DNA from: a bacterium
GTDB taxonomy: Bacteria > SAR324 > NAC60-12
Assembly (NCBI GenBank): GCA_965209155.1
Contig: OZ242383.1
Span: 992,001 to 1,056,000 of the forward strand
Length of the DNA stretch: 64,000 bases
Reading direction: 5' to 3'
Below are positions 9,427-20,784 of this stretch, in pieces. The position numbers and the translations under genes are program-made. The notes beneath the pieces were generated by a model. That model was not told where the DNA came from and made no database searches. It was given only the letters and a program-made list of their open reading frames with translations. Position 1 is the first letter of the stretch, and the number at the start of each line of letters is the position of its first letter.

Positions 9427-10455
9427 TTAGTTAGGCAGCAAGGCCACGGAACGGACCTCGCCAAACTCCTTTTGCAGCTTTTGCCAAGAATCACCTCCGT
9501 CTTCGCTCAGGTACACGTAGCCATAGAAGCTGGCCGCGACGATTACGTTGGGCCGCTCCTTGTGAGTGGCCATCCCATAGATATGCGAGTTGGGCTTTAC
9601 CGGCAGGGACACAGGTTCCCAACTTTTCCCGGTATCCTGGGTGCGCTGCACGGCACCGGCGACACCGGGAATCGTGTCGCCGGTGCCGACGAACATGACA
9701 TCGGGGTTATCCGCTTTGATGACCATGCCGCGGCAGTAGGACTCTTTGTGCGCTTCATGGAGCTTTGGGAAATTGTGGTAATCCCAGCTTTCGCCTTCAT
9801 CGTGGCTGGTGGCGATGCCAAAAGGCGAGGTACAGTAGACTGCGGAAGGGTCGCCAGTCTTCAGAGCCATACTGTGAATGTCGCCATGTAAGGGGTCAGG
9901 CCCCAGGTCGGGTAGGTGTGTCCAATTGTCTCCGCCATCCAGGCTTTTGTAAACCCCGTCAACCTCCATGCCGGCCCAGATGGTGTCGTTGTCCCTGGGA
10001 TCTACCATCATGCTGGTGGTCCGCGGTGGTGAGACCGCTGCGAACGAACGTAGGGGGCTCTTCATGTTCACGCCCATCTGAAGCTTGCTCCAGGTCCTCC
10101 CCCCATCCCTGGAGCGGAATCCCTCTGGTCGCGTGCCCACGAAGAGGGTGTCCGGATCCGTAGGATCGACAGCCACCGACCAGATTTCAAGGCCCGCTGT
10201 GGGGGCATCCAGGTTTTCCCAGGTCACCCCGCCGTCGTCGCTGCGGAAAACGCCCACTCGGGATGAGGGTAATAATTGATCACCATCAACACCAGCCAAT
10301 ACCCGCCGGGGGTTGGATGGATCCACGCACAACGCCCTGACGTTGGACTCATGCCAGATAGGCTGATAGATGGGAGTCCAGGATTCACCGCCATCGGCAC
10401 TCACGTTCAGCCCTTGGCCGACGGTGCCGATGAGGAGTGTGTAATATTTTGCCAT
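9427..10455 (-). CDS. BNR/Asp-box beta-propeller protein
   Basis: Repeated SxDGGxxW motifs. Confidence 0.85.
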   Translation of the reverse strand: MAKYYTLLIGTVGQGLNVSADGGESWTPIYQPIWHESNVRALCVDPSNPRRVLAGVDGDQLLPSSRVGVFRSDDGGVTWENLDAPTAGLEIWSVAVDPTDPDTLFVGTRPEGFRSRDGGRTWSKLQMGVNMKSPLRSFAAVSPPRTTSMMVDPRDNDTIWAGMEVDGVYKSLDGGDNWTHLPDLGPDPLHGDIHSMALKTGDPSAVYCTSPFGIATSHDEGESWDYHNFPKLHEAHKESYCRGMVIKADNPDVMFVGTGDTIPGVAGAVQRTQDTGKSWEPVSLPVKPNSHIYGMATHKERPNVIVAASFYGYVYLSEDGGDSWQKLQKEFGEVRSVALLPN

Positions 10456-10476
10456 GTTGCGTTTCCTTTCCAAAAA

Positions 10477-10632
10477 TCATGAAGCTCTCTTTTGGCGAGA
10501 CCTCGCCTGAGACCCGCCATAGCGCCCTGCAGTGCCCCGCAACCGGGGGTCGAGCAAATCTCTGAGGGCGTCGCCGAAAATATTGAGGCCGTAGACGGTG
10601 ATCACCGGAATGAGGGCGTTGGGAAGCGCATG
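10477..10632 (-). pseudogene. Chimeric remnant of DppB/OppB and DppC/OppC permeases
   Basis: Reads HALPNALIPVITV (DppB-type) directly into YGLNIFGDALRDLLDPRLR (DppC-type C-terminus). Confidence 0.75.
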
Positions 10633-10675
10633 CCGGAGTCGGGGAATGAGATCGCTCCATTCCCCGATGGGCTCA

Positions 10676-12409
10676 TTACTGTATTTTTGCCTTTAAATCG
10701 CTGTTGATCCAGGCACGAGCGAAAATCCCGCCTACAGAAAAACAACAGGTATCATTGACTTCACCAGCGTAGTTCTCTACCCATGGCCAGTAAGCCATGG
10801 TTACCATTGGAGTTGGTACATAGGCCACATAAACTTTCGCCAGCAACAACTGATTCAAACCCTTCAATATCTTGTATGCTTCAACGGGGTCCAATGTTTG
10901 TGACTACTTCGCATAAATCTCGTTTATTTCAGGGTCATCAACCACATGGACTTGATAAGGTGCACTCTCCTCAACTGCACCCCAGTACATAGTCGCTCCC
11001 GGAATACCAACTGCCTGAGTAAGAAAAGTAATCGGCGCATGCTCATTTTTAGTAAGTATTCCATCCAAAGTAGACGTATCCCGCATATCAATTTTAACGT
11101 CGATTCCGATATCCTTCCACATAGCTGCCAGAAAAGACACCACATCTCGCTCAGGCTCCCGTGCATATGCGTGTACGGTAGTCTCGAAACCGTTTGGGTA
11201 GCTTGCCTCGGCTAATAGTTGCCTCGCGCGCTCAGGATTATACTCAAAAAGTTCCTGAGTTGATTGCGGTAGCTTCTCCATAGGAGTGAAGAGATTCTCT
11301 GCATATCCTGCATGGAGCTCAGCATTTAAAATCACTCCACTACCCCCCCACAAGGTATTGGTAAAGGCTTCTCGATCTATAGCCATGCTGATTGCTTTGC
11401 GCACCCTGAGATCGTCAAAGGGCTTCACATCCTGCCTCATGCCGATTCTCCAGGCTCTCTCCTCCGCTCTCTCTATCATCTTGAGTTTGGGACTTGATCT
11501 TTTTAGCGAGTCGACGAACTTTTTTTCCATTTGATCATATACGTCAATCTTCCCTGTTCGTAACGCAGCTACCTAGGAGGATTTATCCAGTATTAGAGTT
11601 TTTACCAGGCGGTCGATAAACGGAATCTCGTATTTCTTGTCATTGAATACGTAACTATCCCAGTAATTGGGGTTCCTTACGTAAGTTACCAAGCTTCCTT
11701 CCACGAAGTCCTCGAGATGAAACGGGCCTGTCCCCAGCCCCACATGATTCTTCCAGTCTTTCATAGCCTCGTCTGTCAGCACACGAGGTACGATGGTCGC
11801 CCCACTCCAATGCGCGAATCCAAAGAAATGCCACCATTCAGAAGTGAAATATTTATTCTTTATTGTAACCGTGTACCTATCCGTAGCTGTTACCGACTCC
11901 ACGTCTTGAAATACTGGCATATTATAGCGCGGCCAACCCACCTTATAGCTATAAACTACATCCTCCGCTGTCAGCTCCCTTGATTCCATGACTCCCGGCT
12001 TGCCCGACCACATGACTCCCCGACGTAGTGTGAAAATAATTGTGTTCGCATCGGGTAACGACCAGCTTTCAGCCAACCGACCTCTTAGGAGATACAAAGG
12101 AAACCCTTGAGAGTGATAAAAACCACTAGACCCTGAGCCGCGTGGCCCATACTTCTCAATGTCTGCATGCATAAGGGACTCATACATCGGTTCATGAAAA
12201 ATCGCTGCCGTCCACTGACTTCCTTCTCCTTTGTGCCAAACTGTAGGCGGAAAAGCCGCTCCATATCCGTCCAGGAATGTAATCGTCCCACCGTATTGCG
12301 GCCCGGCGTTCTTTGCCGCCTCCGACGAAAAACCAATTGTTTTTCTCCAATCGGCTGCCCAGGCCGGGCTGCCCAAGAAGCCTGCTCCTCCCAGGAGGAG
12401 GACCAGCAT
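10676..12409 (-). pseudogene. Family 5 peptide ABC substrate-binding protein with two in-frame TAG codons
   Basis: LAESW, GTGPF, RNPNYW and PFDDLRVRKAI in one frame, broken by stops at 11573-11575 and 10904-10906. Confidence 0.85.
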
Positions 12410-12684
12410 GAGGGCCAGCAGGGTTGACCTGAAGGTTGATTTGCGGTTTAGATTAAAAATCTATCAATCAGGGAGATCCACTTCTTTATGATCATGAGCC
12501 AAAAAGCGAAGGTTCACTCCACAATCCGACGTTTTTTCCAATGGCGATAATGATCGTAAAGGCTTTGCCAGGGAGGTTAATCAGAGTGCTGAGCGCTTTT
12601 GCTGAAAAGGCGAGAAAAGCAAGCTTGTTTCTCTTCAGGGGAGTTGTTAAGCTGGCATTTACCTCTATGAGATAAGGAGTCACT

Positions 12685-12947
12685 ATGCAAAGTATTCAGA
12701 TTGAAATTTCAGAAGAAATTGTTCTCTCATTGAAATTTCCCAAGGAACGGGCAAAGGCTCAATTAACAGAAGAATTGGCACTACAGCTCTATCGGGAAGG
12801 TTTTTGTCTTTCGGGAAAGCTCGTGCTCTCGCCAAGTTAAGCAAACGGGATTTTGCAGAAAGATTAGGAAAGGAAGGCATTCCTCGCCACTATACAGAGG
12901 CTGATTTAGAAGAGGATTTTATCTTTGCAGAAGGGAAAGAAGAGTGA
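12685..12947 (+). CDS. UPF0175 family antitoxin; 1-bp homopolymer frameshift near 12800, probably an assembly error
   Basis: MQSIQIEISEE...ELALQLYREG then LSFGKARALAKLS...IPRHYTEADLEED. Confidence 0.8.
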
Positions 12948-12967
12948 TCGTCAGTAATTCTTCTCCC
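12944..12967 (+). pseudogene. Stub of a DUF3368 PIN-like toxin
   Basis: GTG overlapping the UPF0175 stop gives MIVSNSSP, then acyl-CoA dehydrogenase sequence takes over. Confidence 0.6.
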
Positions 12968-13400
12968 TTTTCTTCTGCTCATCCGCAAATTCCAGCATCG
13001 CCGGCCCTAACATCGAAATACCAGAACCCTCGCTGATCAGAGAAGAGCGGCATTTGAGGGCGGCCATTTCTTCTCTTAAAATTTTATACTTTGCTTTATT
13101 TAAATCTCCACCCCCATATTTTTTCGGCCACAGGGGAACGGTCCAACCTCGCTCAGCCATCCTCTCCAGCCAAATTTTCGAGTCAGGATTTTTAAAAGTG
13201 GCTTTTCGTCCTCCAAAAACCACTTCCTCTTCTGTGAGCCGGGTGCGTATCGAAGCAGGGCAATTTGCTTCCAACCATTCACGGGTTTCTGCACGAAATT
13301 TTTCAAGAGCTTCCAAGAGTCCTCCTTCTCAGGCGTTAATTGTTCTGTTCCGGCCTTGTCTGGACCGTATACCTGGAAATCGTCAGAGACTCGCGTTTCT
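12951..13400 (-). pseudogene. Cluster copy B: acyl-CoA dehydrogenase 5' third plus cupin 3' fragment
   Basis: 12975-13328 is nearly identical to 31975-32328; 13330-13399 resembles the cupin end 19790-19871. Confidence 0.92.
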
Positions 13401-13407
13401 CGTCAAT

Positions 13408-14140
13408 TCACGTGATCGACTGGAATCCATCGACGGTAATTGCCTGGCCCGTGATAAAGTTCGGCTCGGCACTCGCCAGGAACGCAACCACCTCACCGAT
13501 GTCTTCGGGCGTACCAAAGCGCCCAAGGCTAATCCCTTCCGGAACCTTATGAGCCAAAGCCTGGGCTGTCAGCTCAGTTTTGATGGTGCCCGGACATATC
13601 ACGTTCACCGTGATGGAAGGTCCCAGTTCTTTCGCAAGGGAACGCGTCATACCCAGTAGGCCCGCCTTAGAAGCTGCGTAGGCAGGCCTGCTGACTGTAC
13701 CACCGCTGAAGGCGGCTATAGACGAAATAAAAATAATTCGACCAGAACCTCGATCTTGCATCGATGGAACAACCGCTCTCGACCAGTTGAAACACCCTTT
13801 CAGGTTCACATCAATCGTACGATCCCACTCGGATTCACTAATTTTCAGTAAGCCTTTCGAACTCCCGATCCCCGCGTTATTGACAAGGACACTGATCGAC
13901 TCGTAACGCTCTAGAATGTCATCCGTCACTTCTTCAGCTTTTTCAAAGTTGCTGACGTCGGCAACGAAGGATTCAGCCCGGACGCCTGTCGCACAAAGTT
14001 TACCAGTCGCCTCTTTTAGTTCGGCTCCGAGAACATCGACAAGCGCAAGATTGAAGCCTTTGGCAGCGAGCGCCATGGCGCAACCAAGGCCTATCCCTCT
14101 GGCGCCGCCCGTTACCACAGCAACGGAACCGGCATCCTCT
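13408..14140 (-). CDS. SDR1 (FabG-like), copy B, native start codon lost
   Basis: TGGARGIG, NNAG and YAASK; homology with 33521-34255 ends near 14140. Confidence 0.85.
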
Positions 14141-14507
14141 CCTTTCGTTACACCCGCCACATCAATCAACAACAAAACGAATGAGTCATCTCTCAATTCT
14201 ATCTTGCAGGAGGGACAGGGCTTGCTCTCATTCGAAAAAGTCCAGGAAAAACTCATTCAGGAAGCAAATCAACTCTTTGAACATTATCGCAGTTAAGAAC
14301 AAAGACAACAATCTCCTGAATGAGACTTCTTCCCATCAGAGAACATTCTATCCTTCGATTTTATGTTCCTATATTTTAGAAAACAGTATTATGTCCCCTG
14401 ATTTTTATAGTTTGCCAGGATACGAATTTGAAAATTGCTGTCCTCCGCACAATGTGTTATTCTTTTAAAAAAACACAATTTCACCATTCATTCCCCTCGA
14501 GGGCATC

Positions 14508-15311
14508 ATGACTACTTTAGAATCCGTCAAAACCCACTCTTCTTCAACACGGTTGCCTCCCTCTGCCAGGGAGTCGCTCAGGGTGAGTGAGGCTGAGTAT
14601 TGGAAGGTATATTACGAACACTCGGATGGTCAATATGAATGGAACAATGGACTCTTGGAGGAAAAGCCAATGCCAGATTATTTAAGCTTTCAAATCTATC
14701 GCTGGTTTTTACAACTCTTGGAAGAGTATCTCAAAGTGTTTCCAACGGGTCAACTGATGGGTTTGGAAATGGGCTTTCGTTTGGATTTGGGGGATAAAGT
14801 CAGCATACGGAAACCGGATTTGGCCATGATTCTCCACTCCAATCCTGTGGAGGCCAAACCGTTGGATCGTTCGTTTCAGGGAGTATGTGACCTCTGTATA
14901 GAGTTTTTATCCGACTCGACTCCCGAGGAGATGGAACGGGATACGGTGCACAAAAAAGAAGAATATGCCAAAGTGGGAGTGGCTGAATATTATATAATAG
15001 ACCGTTTGCACAAGCACACCGCCTTCTATGCTCTCAATGAGCAGGGGGTTTATGAAAAGATGGAGAGCCAAGAGCCCGGCGTGATTCATTCCGGAGTCTT
15101 GGATCGTTTCGCCTTTCGTCTTCAGGATTTAGAAAAACAGGTGGCCTTTGAAACATTAATCGAGGATCCTCTCTACCAATCCTTCCTCCTGAAAAGCCTC
15201 CAACAAGAGCGGCAACAAAAAGAAAAAGAGCGACAACAAAAAGAAAAAGCGCTTGCAGAAGTCGAAAGGCTGCGGGCTCTCCTCCAAGAGAAAGATGCTG
15301 ATCCCCGCTAA
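14508..15311 (+). CDS. Uma2/DUF820 PD-(D/E)xK family protein
   Basis: YEWNNG.LEEKPM, RKPDLA, DLCIEFLS, KKEEYA..GV.EYYIID and a coiled-coil tail. Confidence 0.9.
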   Translation: MTTLESVKTHSSSTRLPPSARESLRVSEAEYWKVYYEHSDGQYEWNNGLLEEKPMPDYLSFQIYRWFLQLLEEYLKVFPTGQLMGLEMGFRLDLGDKVSIRKPDLAMILHSNPVEAKPLDRSFQGVCDLCIEFLSDSTPEEMERDTVHKKEEYAKVGVAEYYIIDRLHKHTAFYALNEQGVYEKMESQEPGVIHSGVLDRFAFRLQDLEKQVAFETLIEDPLYQSFLLKSLQQERQQKEKERQQKEKALAEVERLRALLQEKDADPR

Positions 15312-15434
15312 AATTTTATGTCCCTCACAAGCGATACCTCCAACTAGTCCTGCTCACCAGTCAGGGTCGCTACGATGTCCCCTGGAGTGGAAGACTCTCT
15401 GCGGAGCAAAGAGTATCAAGGGATTACCCCACAT

Positions 15435-16061
15435 TTAAACCTTGGATAAAGCGAAAAAAGATTTGTCCCCTTTTGACCCCTTTTCAAGCCAATAATATAG
15501 GATAAGGTCTTTCACATCTCTACCCTGCAAGGTTCTTCTGCCAGTAAGTTTGGAATAGCGGGTGAAGAGAGCGTTGAGTTTTCCCGTCATCAACATATCC
15601 AGATCATAAACCCGGACTTTAATTTGGCTGGCACCGGTACTCTCATGCAAGGGCAGATAGCTCCATTTTTTATTCGCTTTGTAGCGGGAAATCTCTAATT
15701 TGATACTGCGAGCGCGTTTTGAGCCTACTTTGTAATGGGCACGAAAGTAATAGTTGAACGACTCGTCATCACCATAGACTTTACGATTCTTACTCCAGCG
15801 ACCTTCTTTTCCAGCTAGATGATCAAGGAAAGCCTTCGCCAAATTTTTCCGAGCTGTGTCTGTCATGACTTCAGCAACATCGAAATCCAGATCTTCTGAA
15901 AACCATCCATTGCCATGAACCAGACGAAGCGCGGTTCCTCCTTTGAAGATCAGGGGAAATCGCTGCAACTCCTCAATGAGGATGATTTGTGCCGCTTCTC
16001 TCTGCTGCTTTTCCCTATCGCTTCCCAGCAGGGCGGTGTGTGGAGGAACCATTATCGGCAT
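15435..16061 (-). CDS. Type IV TA toxin, AbiEii nucleotidyltransferase (C-terminus possibly replaced)
   Basis: FKGGTALRL...FSEDLDF, K..AL..R and RDVKDL. Confidence 0.85.
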   Translation of the reverse strand: MPIMVPPHTALLGSDREKQQREAAQIILIEELQRFPLIFKGGTALRLVHGNGWFSEDLDFDVAEVMTDTARKNLAKAFLDHLAGKEGRWSKNRKVYGDDESFNYYFRAHYKVGSKRARSIKLEISRYKANKKWSYLPLHESTGASQIKVRVYDLDMLMTGKLNALFTRYSKLTGRRTLQGRDVKDLILYYWLEKGSKGDKSFFALSKV

Positions 16062-16627
16062 ATTAATTCTGAAACCCGGGGAGGAAACTGTCTGGCATAG
16101 TGTTTTAGCTTGTTTTGCTGAAGCAACCCTACTTCAATATTGTCTGGCTCCCGACCCATGTAAAGCAGATCGAGTACAGCTTTTTCCGGTTCTGCCACCC
16201 GGCCATCCGGGGTTTTTTCAATCCCAAAAGAAAGGGTTGGACTCATTTGGAACGATTTGAACTGATGCCCCTTCCAGATAACCGGTTTTGAGACCACTTG
16301 AGGCACCGCACTATGGATGGTCCAATCCACACGCAAACAAAGCCCTTCATACTCCTCTCTCATCATGCTCCAATACCGCAATGCCTCATACCCCGTCACA
16401 TAGCCCTCAGGGAATAAAACAGAAGCAATTTGGATCTTTTCTTCCTCACCAAACTCCTCCTTGAGCAGATTGACAAACACACCTCTTCTTACCGTATCTA
16501 TCACTCCCCGTTTCCTCAGATAGTATATTTTATCCCAGGCTTGGCGGTCCGTAATTTGGTGCAAATGCTGCAGTTCGGATTTGATAAAGACTTTCTTGTC
16601 CGGAAGGGCTTCTTTTAGAGCAAGCAT
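16052..16627 (-). CDS. Type IV TA antitoxin, AbiEi-like
   Basis: VRRGVF, YVTGYEALRYW and AEPEKAVLDLLY; overlaps the AbiEii gene. Confidence 0.8.
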   Translation of the reverse strand: MLALKEALPDKKVFIKSELQHLHQITDRQAWDKIYYLRKRGVIDTVRRGVFVNLLKEEFGEEEKIQIASVLFPEGYVTGYEALRYWSMMREEYEGLCLRVDWTIHSAVPQVVSKPVIWKGHQFKSFQMSPTLSFGIEKTPDGRVAEPEKAVLDLLYMGREPDNIEVGLLQQNKLKHYARQFPPRVSELICR

Positions 16628-16789
16628 TTCTCATAATTATTCAGTTAAACTCGTAAAATTGGCTAGTTGAACTGGTATTTTAACAGTCACGGAAATACAT
16701 GGCAAGCTCATTTTCGGATCACCATGACCAAGCCAAACTCGTCTCGCTCGTCAAAACATATTGGACAATCTGAATCCGATCGAACCACT

Positions 16790-16998
16790 TCTCGAAGACG
16801 TGATGTCCCCGTCAGGATCGTGGAGGGTCCCACCCCTGGCTCCACTCGTCATGATCTGACCGGGGCGCACGCAGTTGACTCGAATGTTGTGTTAGCCTCC
16901 AATCCCGTCCATGTAGTGCGTCAGTGCTTCGACACCGGCTTTCGAAGCCCAGTAGGCTGAAGTGGTTGCGCCAAATTCCTCGTACATCACAGGACTCA
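16790..16998 (-). pseudogene. Internal fragment of another SDR
   Basis: AYWASKAGVEALT...NIRVNCVRPGQIMT with an internal stop. Confidence 0.7.
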
Positions 16999-17014
16999 TT
17001 CCCCGCTGAGCAGC

Positions 17015-17069
17015 AAAGGATGAAGCAAGGGAAGAGCGGATTACAATGGAAATCGTGGTAGACTGCTAC
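17015..17069 (+). repeat. 55-bp copy of the 5' part of the CcbP-like gene (4183-4237)
   Basis: aaaggatgaagcaagggaagagcggat.acaatggaaatcgtggtagactgctac. Confidence 0.93.
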
Positions 17070-17187
17070 GATGCAGCCTTCCTTACCAGAGCAAATCGCA
17101 AGACTCTTGGAAGAGAATTAATGTCCAAATGCAAATATCTCTCAAAAGAAACAATGCCCGAAAATGCAACTGACAGTGCTCACAGCT

Positions 17188-17616
17188 TCAGGATTCGCTA
17201 GGATGTTTCATCAATCGAGTAAAACCAGCCTGTTCAAAATGACGATCTGCTGTGAATATTTCTTCAATTTTATATTCTTTAGATACCTCAATCCCAATAC
17301 AATCCACCAAACTCCATTCTTTATCCGGTCTATCCTTAAACAACTGAATTCCTTTCTGCATCAGTTGGGGATCAATATGAACCAGTTCCCAAATTTCTGG
17401 AGACTGGTAGACAGCATCCATCAAATGAATAGCAGTTCGACGTGTATCAACCTAGCTCAAGGTATTACACATTTCCAAAATAACGGCGTTGGTAGTCACC
17501 AGCTTTCGCTTTGCCTGAAGCAATTCTCTCCGTATTCTGACAGCTTGAGTATGAAGGGTATCGGACTTGTCTCCCAAGGCGAGTAAAGCTACTGTATCTA
17601 CAAAAACTGGCTTCAT
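17188..17616 (-). pseudogene. VapC/PIN toxin with an in-frame TAG
   Basis: MKPVFVDT...VTTNAVILE...stop at 17452-17454...WSLVDC...FTADRHFEQAGF. Confidence 0.88.
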
Positions 17617-17888
17617 TCCTCAACTCGCTTTTTTGTACCATAGAGATAATGATCATGGTTGATGGCAAGATCACCCTTACCTGATTCACAGGCAATATCT
17701 TCAATATCCAACTTCGCCCAGGGAGAATTATCATAAGCTTTTTCTTCAGCGGATTCTTCTTTAAAGGAGGAATCTTTTTCGCTTAAGGTCTTTTCTAGCG
17801 CTTCTACTGCAAGACGATCACGTTCTTCATCCGAGAGAGCTTTGATCCGCTTTCCTAAACCTTCAGGAACATTGAGTGTTATTTCCAT
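17613..17888 (-). CDS. Probable antitoxin paired with VapC
   Basis: Overlaps the VapC start; C-terminal DLAINHDHYLYG. Confidence 0.7.
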   Translation of the reverse strand: MEITLNVPEGLGKRIKALSDEERDRLAVEALEKTLSEKDSSFKEESAEEKAYDNSPWAKLDIEDIACESGKGDLAINHDHYLYGTKKRVEE

Positions 17889-18029
17889 GAATCTCCTAGT
17901 GAAAGAGGGAGGGGGATAAGTTTATATATATGCTATTATAAAATTCCTCTTTGAAAACACAAATGATTGTCTCGACCATACAACCTATGATAAATTTCTA
18001 TGCAATGAAGTGAGTACTGAGCATTTGGG

Positions 18030-18160
18030 GGAATGGTGCTCGCTGGGGACGTATTTTAATCCAGATGGGATGATTTTTCATGATGATCTTTTATTTGTAG
18101 CTGGCAGTGTTGGCGATGAGATTGCGATTATAGATAAAGAGGGTAAAATTTCTGCTTCTG
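18030..18160 (+). pseudogene. Fragment of an SMP-30/gluconolactonase-type propeller
   Basis: PDGMIF...LFVA...IAIIDKEGKI. Confidence 0.4.
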
Positions 18161-18419
18161 TCCCTGCGTACCAGGTCCGGTTTCAGGCGCTTTGAAATCA
18201 TACATCTTCTTTTCCTTTTATATTGTTAAAGTTCATAAGATACTAACTGACCCATACGCCCGAAAGTTACCCATAAGCGCTCGTCATGAACACTTAAATT
18301 CGTTTGCTGAGCAGGCATCCCCCTTTACACATCCCTCTTCAAATGGTAAGGTCTTCTGAAAATTTTGATTTTTCTATGTGGGCGCTGCTTGTGCTGGTTA
18401 TGGGGCCTCCCCAAACACC

Positions 18420-18941
18420 CTATTGGAAGCCCCCTATAGCTGCCTGCATAGGCGTCATGCGCATACCGTTGTCACTGATTTCGTCTCCTGCAATATCGAA
18501 TCCCAGCTTGGAATAAATGGGAAGCCCATACGGTGAAGCATTGAGCGTAATTGCTGTTGTATCCAGGTGTCGGGCCTTAATCTCTTGCACTGCCGCGTAT
18601 GGGAGTTGTCGCCCGATTCCCTGCGACATAAATGCTTCTGAGACGTACAACCAACTGATATGCGTTTCATCACGCACTTTGACCACACCAGCAATGTCGG
18701 AGTCCTTCAAAGCCAATAGAACGATTTCTCCTTTTTCAATTGCCTCGACTAGACTCGCTACTGTTACGTCGGTGTGAAACCTTTTGACGCCTTCGGCCGT
18801 GTAGTCCGGGGCTATGAAATCATCGAATGATCGTAGCACCAACGCGATGACTGGCTCCGCCTCTGCTTTGAGTGCAGGACGAATGTGGAGCGGATTTGTT
18901 TTGTCAGCGCGCATTGGCCCCATAACAGCTGATTCTGGCAA
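18420..18941 (-). CDS. GNAT acetyltransferase
   Basis: HISWLYV...QGIGR...ITLNASPYG.PIY.KLGF. Confidence 0.88.
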   Translation of the reverse strand: MPESAVMGPMRADKTNPLHIRPALKAEAEPVIALVLRSFDDFIAPDYTAEGVKRFHTDVTVASLVEAIEKGEIVLLALKDSDIAGVVKVRDETHISWLYVSEAFMSQGIGRQLPYAAVQEIKARHLDTTAITLNASPYGLPIYSKLGFDIAGDEISDNGMRMTPMQAAIGGFQ

Positions 18942-18979
18942 TGTGACTATATTTAAAATCCATAGCGTTTCTCTCTTTG

Positions 18980-19723
18980 TTAGACGTTGTCGGCCAGGAA
19001 TTGTTGCGCCCCATCCACGATCAGGTGTCGCAACTCGATCATAGCCATGAGGTCCGAGTGCAGCTTGCCGCCAGCGTCGTGGATGCGGTCCGCCACCTGG
19101 CGCTGCGCGGTGACTACATCGGGATGCTCCGGTTGCCCCGGAAGACCCATGGACTGCGCCAGGTCATTCGGACCAAAGACATAGGCATCGATGCCTTTGA
19201 CCTCAAGAATGGCGTCCAGGTTCTCGAATGCCCTGGTGCTCTCGAGTTGACACAACACGAGCATATTGGCGTTGCTCTGCCGCATGGTCTCGGTGCGCTC
19301 GCTACCCGAGATGTCGAGCAACGAGGCGTGATTGTAATAGTTGCCCCGGCCACCGCCCCAGCTTCGTTGACCGTCGGGCCCAAACAGGCACGCGTCGACG
19401 AGCACCTGGGCCTCTTCCGCGGTTTCGATATGCGGTCCCATAATGCCGGTGACGCCGCGATCGAGAAACGAATTGATGGTCGAGCCGCTGATATCCGGCA
19501 CCCGTGCGGTCACGGTGAGCCCAAAGCCATCGGCGACCCGGCACATCTCGTCAATCGACTCTGGCGAGAACAGCCCGTGTTCGCCGTCCAAGTGGACAAA
19601 ATCGAAGCCGCCGAGCATGCCGATGATCTCGATGGCCTCGGCACTTGGATAAACCAGGCCAAGACCGAGACCTTGCTTGCCCTGCTTGTTTTTCTCAATG
19701 ATATTATTCGTTCTAAAGCGCAT
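18980..19723 (-). CDS. HpcH/HpaI aldolase family, the only intact copy in the window (copy C)
   Basis: FDFVHLDGEHG, ARVP, QLES and GPNDLAQSMG. Confidence 0.92.
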   Translation of the reverse strand: MRFRTNNIIEKNKQGKQGLGLGLVYPSAEAIEIIGMLGGFDFVHLDGEHGLFSPESIDEMCRVADGFGLTVTARVPDISGSTINSFLDRGVTGIMGPHIETAEEAQVLVDACLFGPDGQRSWGGGRGNYYNHASLLDISGSERTETMRQSNANMLVLCQLESTRAFENLDAILEVKGIDAYVFGPNDLAQSMGLPGQPEHPDVVTAQRQVADRIHDAGGKLHSDLMAMIELRHLIVDGAQQFLADNV

Positions 19724-19781
19724 GATGGGTTCCTTATCACATTGTGTTAAATCGAATTGCCCAAGTCGGGAAGTCTGTGCA

Positions 19782-20208
19782 TCAGTCGATCTCGGGCGTT
19801 AATTGTTCTGTTCCGGCCTCGGCTAGCCCGTATATTTGCAATACCGAGAAGTCGTCAGAGACCCGCGTTTCGTTATGAAGGATTCTTGTGCGATAGAAAG
19901 TAAGTGTCTCCCTCTTTGAAGGTTAATGTCCCTTCTATCCCTTCAATCACCAAATCGATCCACCCCGATAGGACATAGTTAAATTGAAAGTCATAGTCAT
20001 GACGGTGCATCCCGGTCGTACCTTTCTCGGTACGTACTTCCTGATTAATTCTAATGATCTCCCCGTGGAAGTTTCCCCCTGTTGCTTCTGCGAGGCCAAG
20101 GTCGGCATATAATCCAGACCTGCGAAGGCCCGGTCCAAATTTGCGATCCTTAGCATAGGTGAAGGCCGGTTTTTGCTTGTTCCAGCCTGTCAGTCGTTGT
20201 TCACTCAT
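19782..20208 (-). pseudogene. Single-domain cupin (copy C) with a 1-bp insertion near 19885, real or assembly error
   Basis: HRHDYDFQFNYVLSG...HNE; colinear with 32539-32964. Confidence 0.8.
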
Positions 20209-20280
20209 TTTTGATCTCCTTTGATTAAGTTAAGCTTTGAGAGAGGCGAAAGCCAGAGGTTCTATCATTCACCACGCCCT

Positions 20281-20357
20281 GTTTCTCGTCACTTCACGTG
20301 ATCGACTGGAATCCATCGACGGTAATTGCCTGGCCCGTGATAAAGTTCGGCTCGGCT
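20281..20357 (-). pseudogene. SDR1 3'-end remnant, cut off at the PIN TA pair
   Basis: Matches 33508-33583. Confidence 0.9.
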
Positions 20358-20373
20358 AGTTTTGAATAGAATT

Positions 20374-20784
20374 TTAGGAGTGACTTTCTTGTGCTAATAG
20401 CTTCCAAAATGCCCTCGGTGATAAAATCGTGAGTCCTTGATACTCTTTTAAAGCCAACAATTCATAGTCTCCTGTGACTAAAATATCTGCTTGTCCTTTT
20501 AGAGCAGAAGCTAGTATCCATAAATCATCTTTATCATCAATATCGGCATCTGTAACTTTTTCAGGTTTAGGAATAATCGGTTCTTGTTTCAGAAAATTGA
20601 GAGTATTCACGACTGCTTTCTCTGGCATTTGAAATTTTTTGCTTAAAATTCTTTGCAATTCAGTCAAGACGACTTCTCCAATCAGCAGTTCATGCTCTGT
20701 GAGAATCACTCGCATTACATCAGCGCACAATCCACGTGTTGCAAAAGCACTCACCAAAACATTCGTATCCAAAAATACTTTCAT
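20374..20784 (-). CDS. PIN-domain toxin
   Basis: MKVFLDTNVLVSA, DKDD..IL.SA and ADILVTGD.ELL. Confidence 0.92.
   Translation of the reverse strand: MKVFLDTNVLVSAFATRGLCADVMRVILTEHELLIGEVVLTELQRILSKKFQMPEKAVVNTLNFLKQEPIIPKPEKVTDADIDDKDDLWILASALKGQADILVTGDYELLALKEYQGLTILSPRAFWKLLAQESHS

Noticed and set aside
18977..19750. Long plus-strand ORFs (also 44178-45023, 45463-46434, 7182-7790)
   Set aside because: Antisense shadows of clear minus-strand genes in GC-rich DNA
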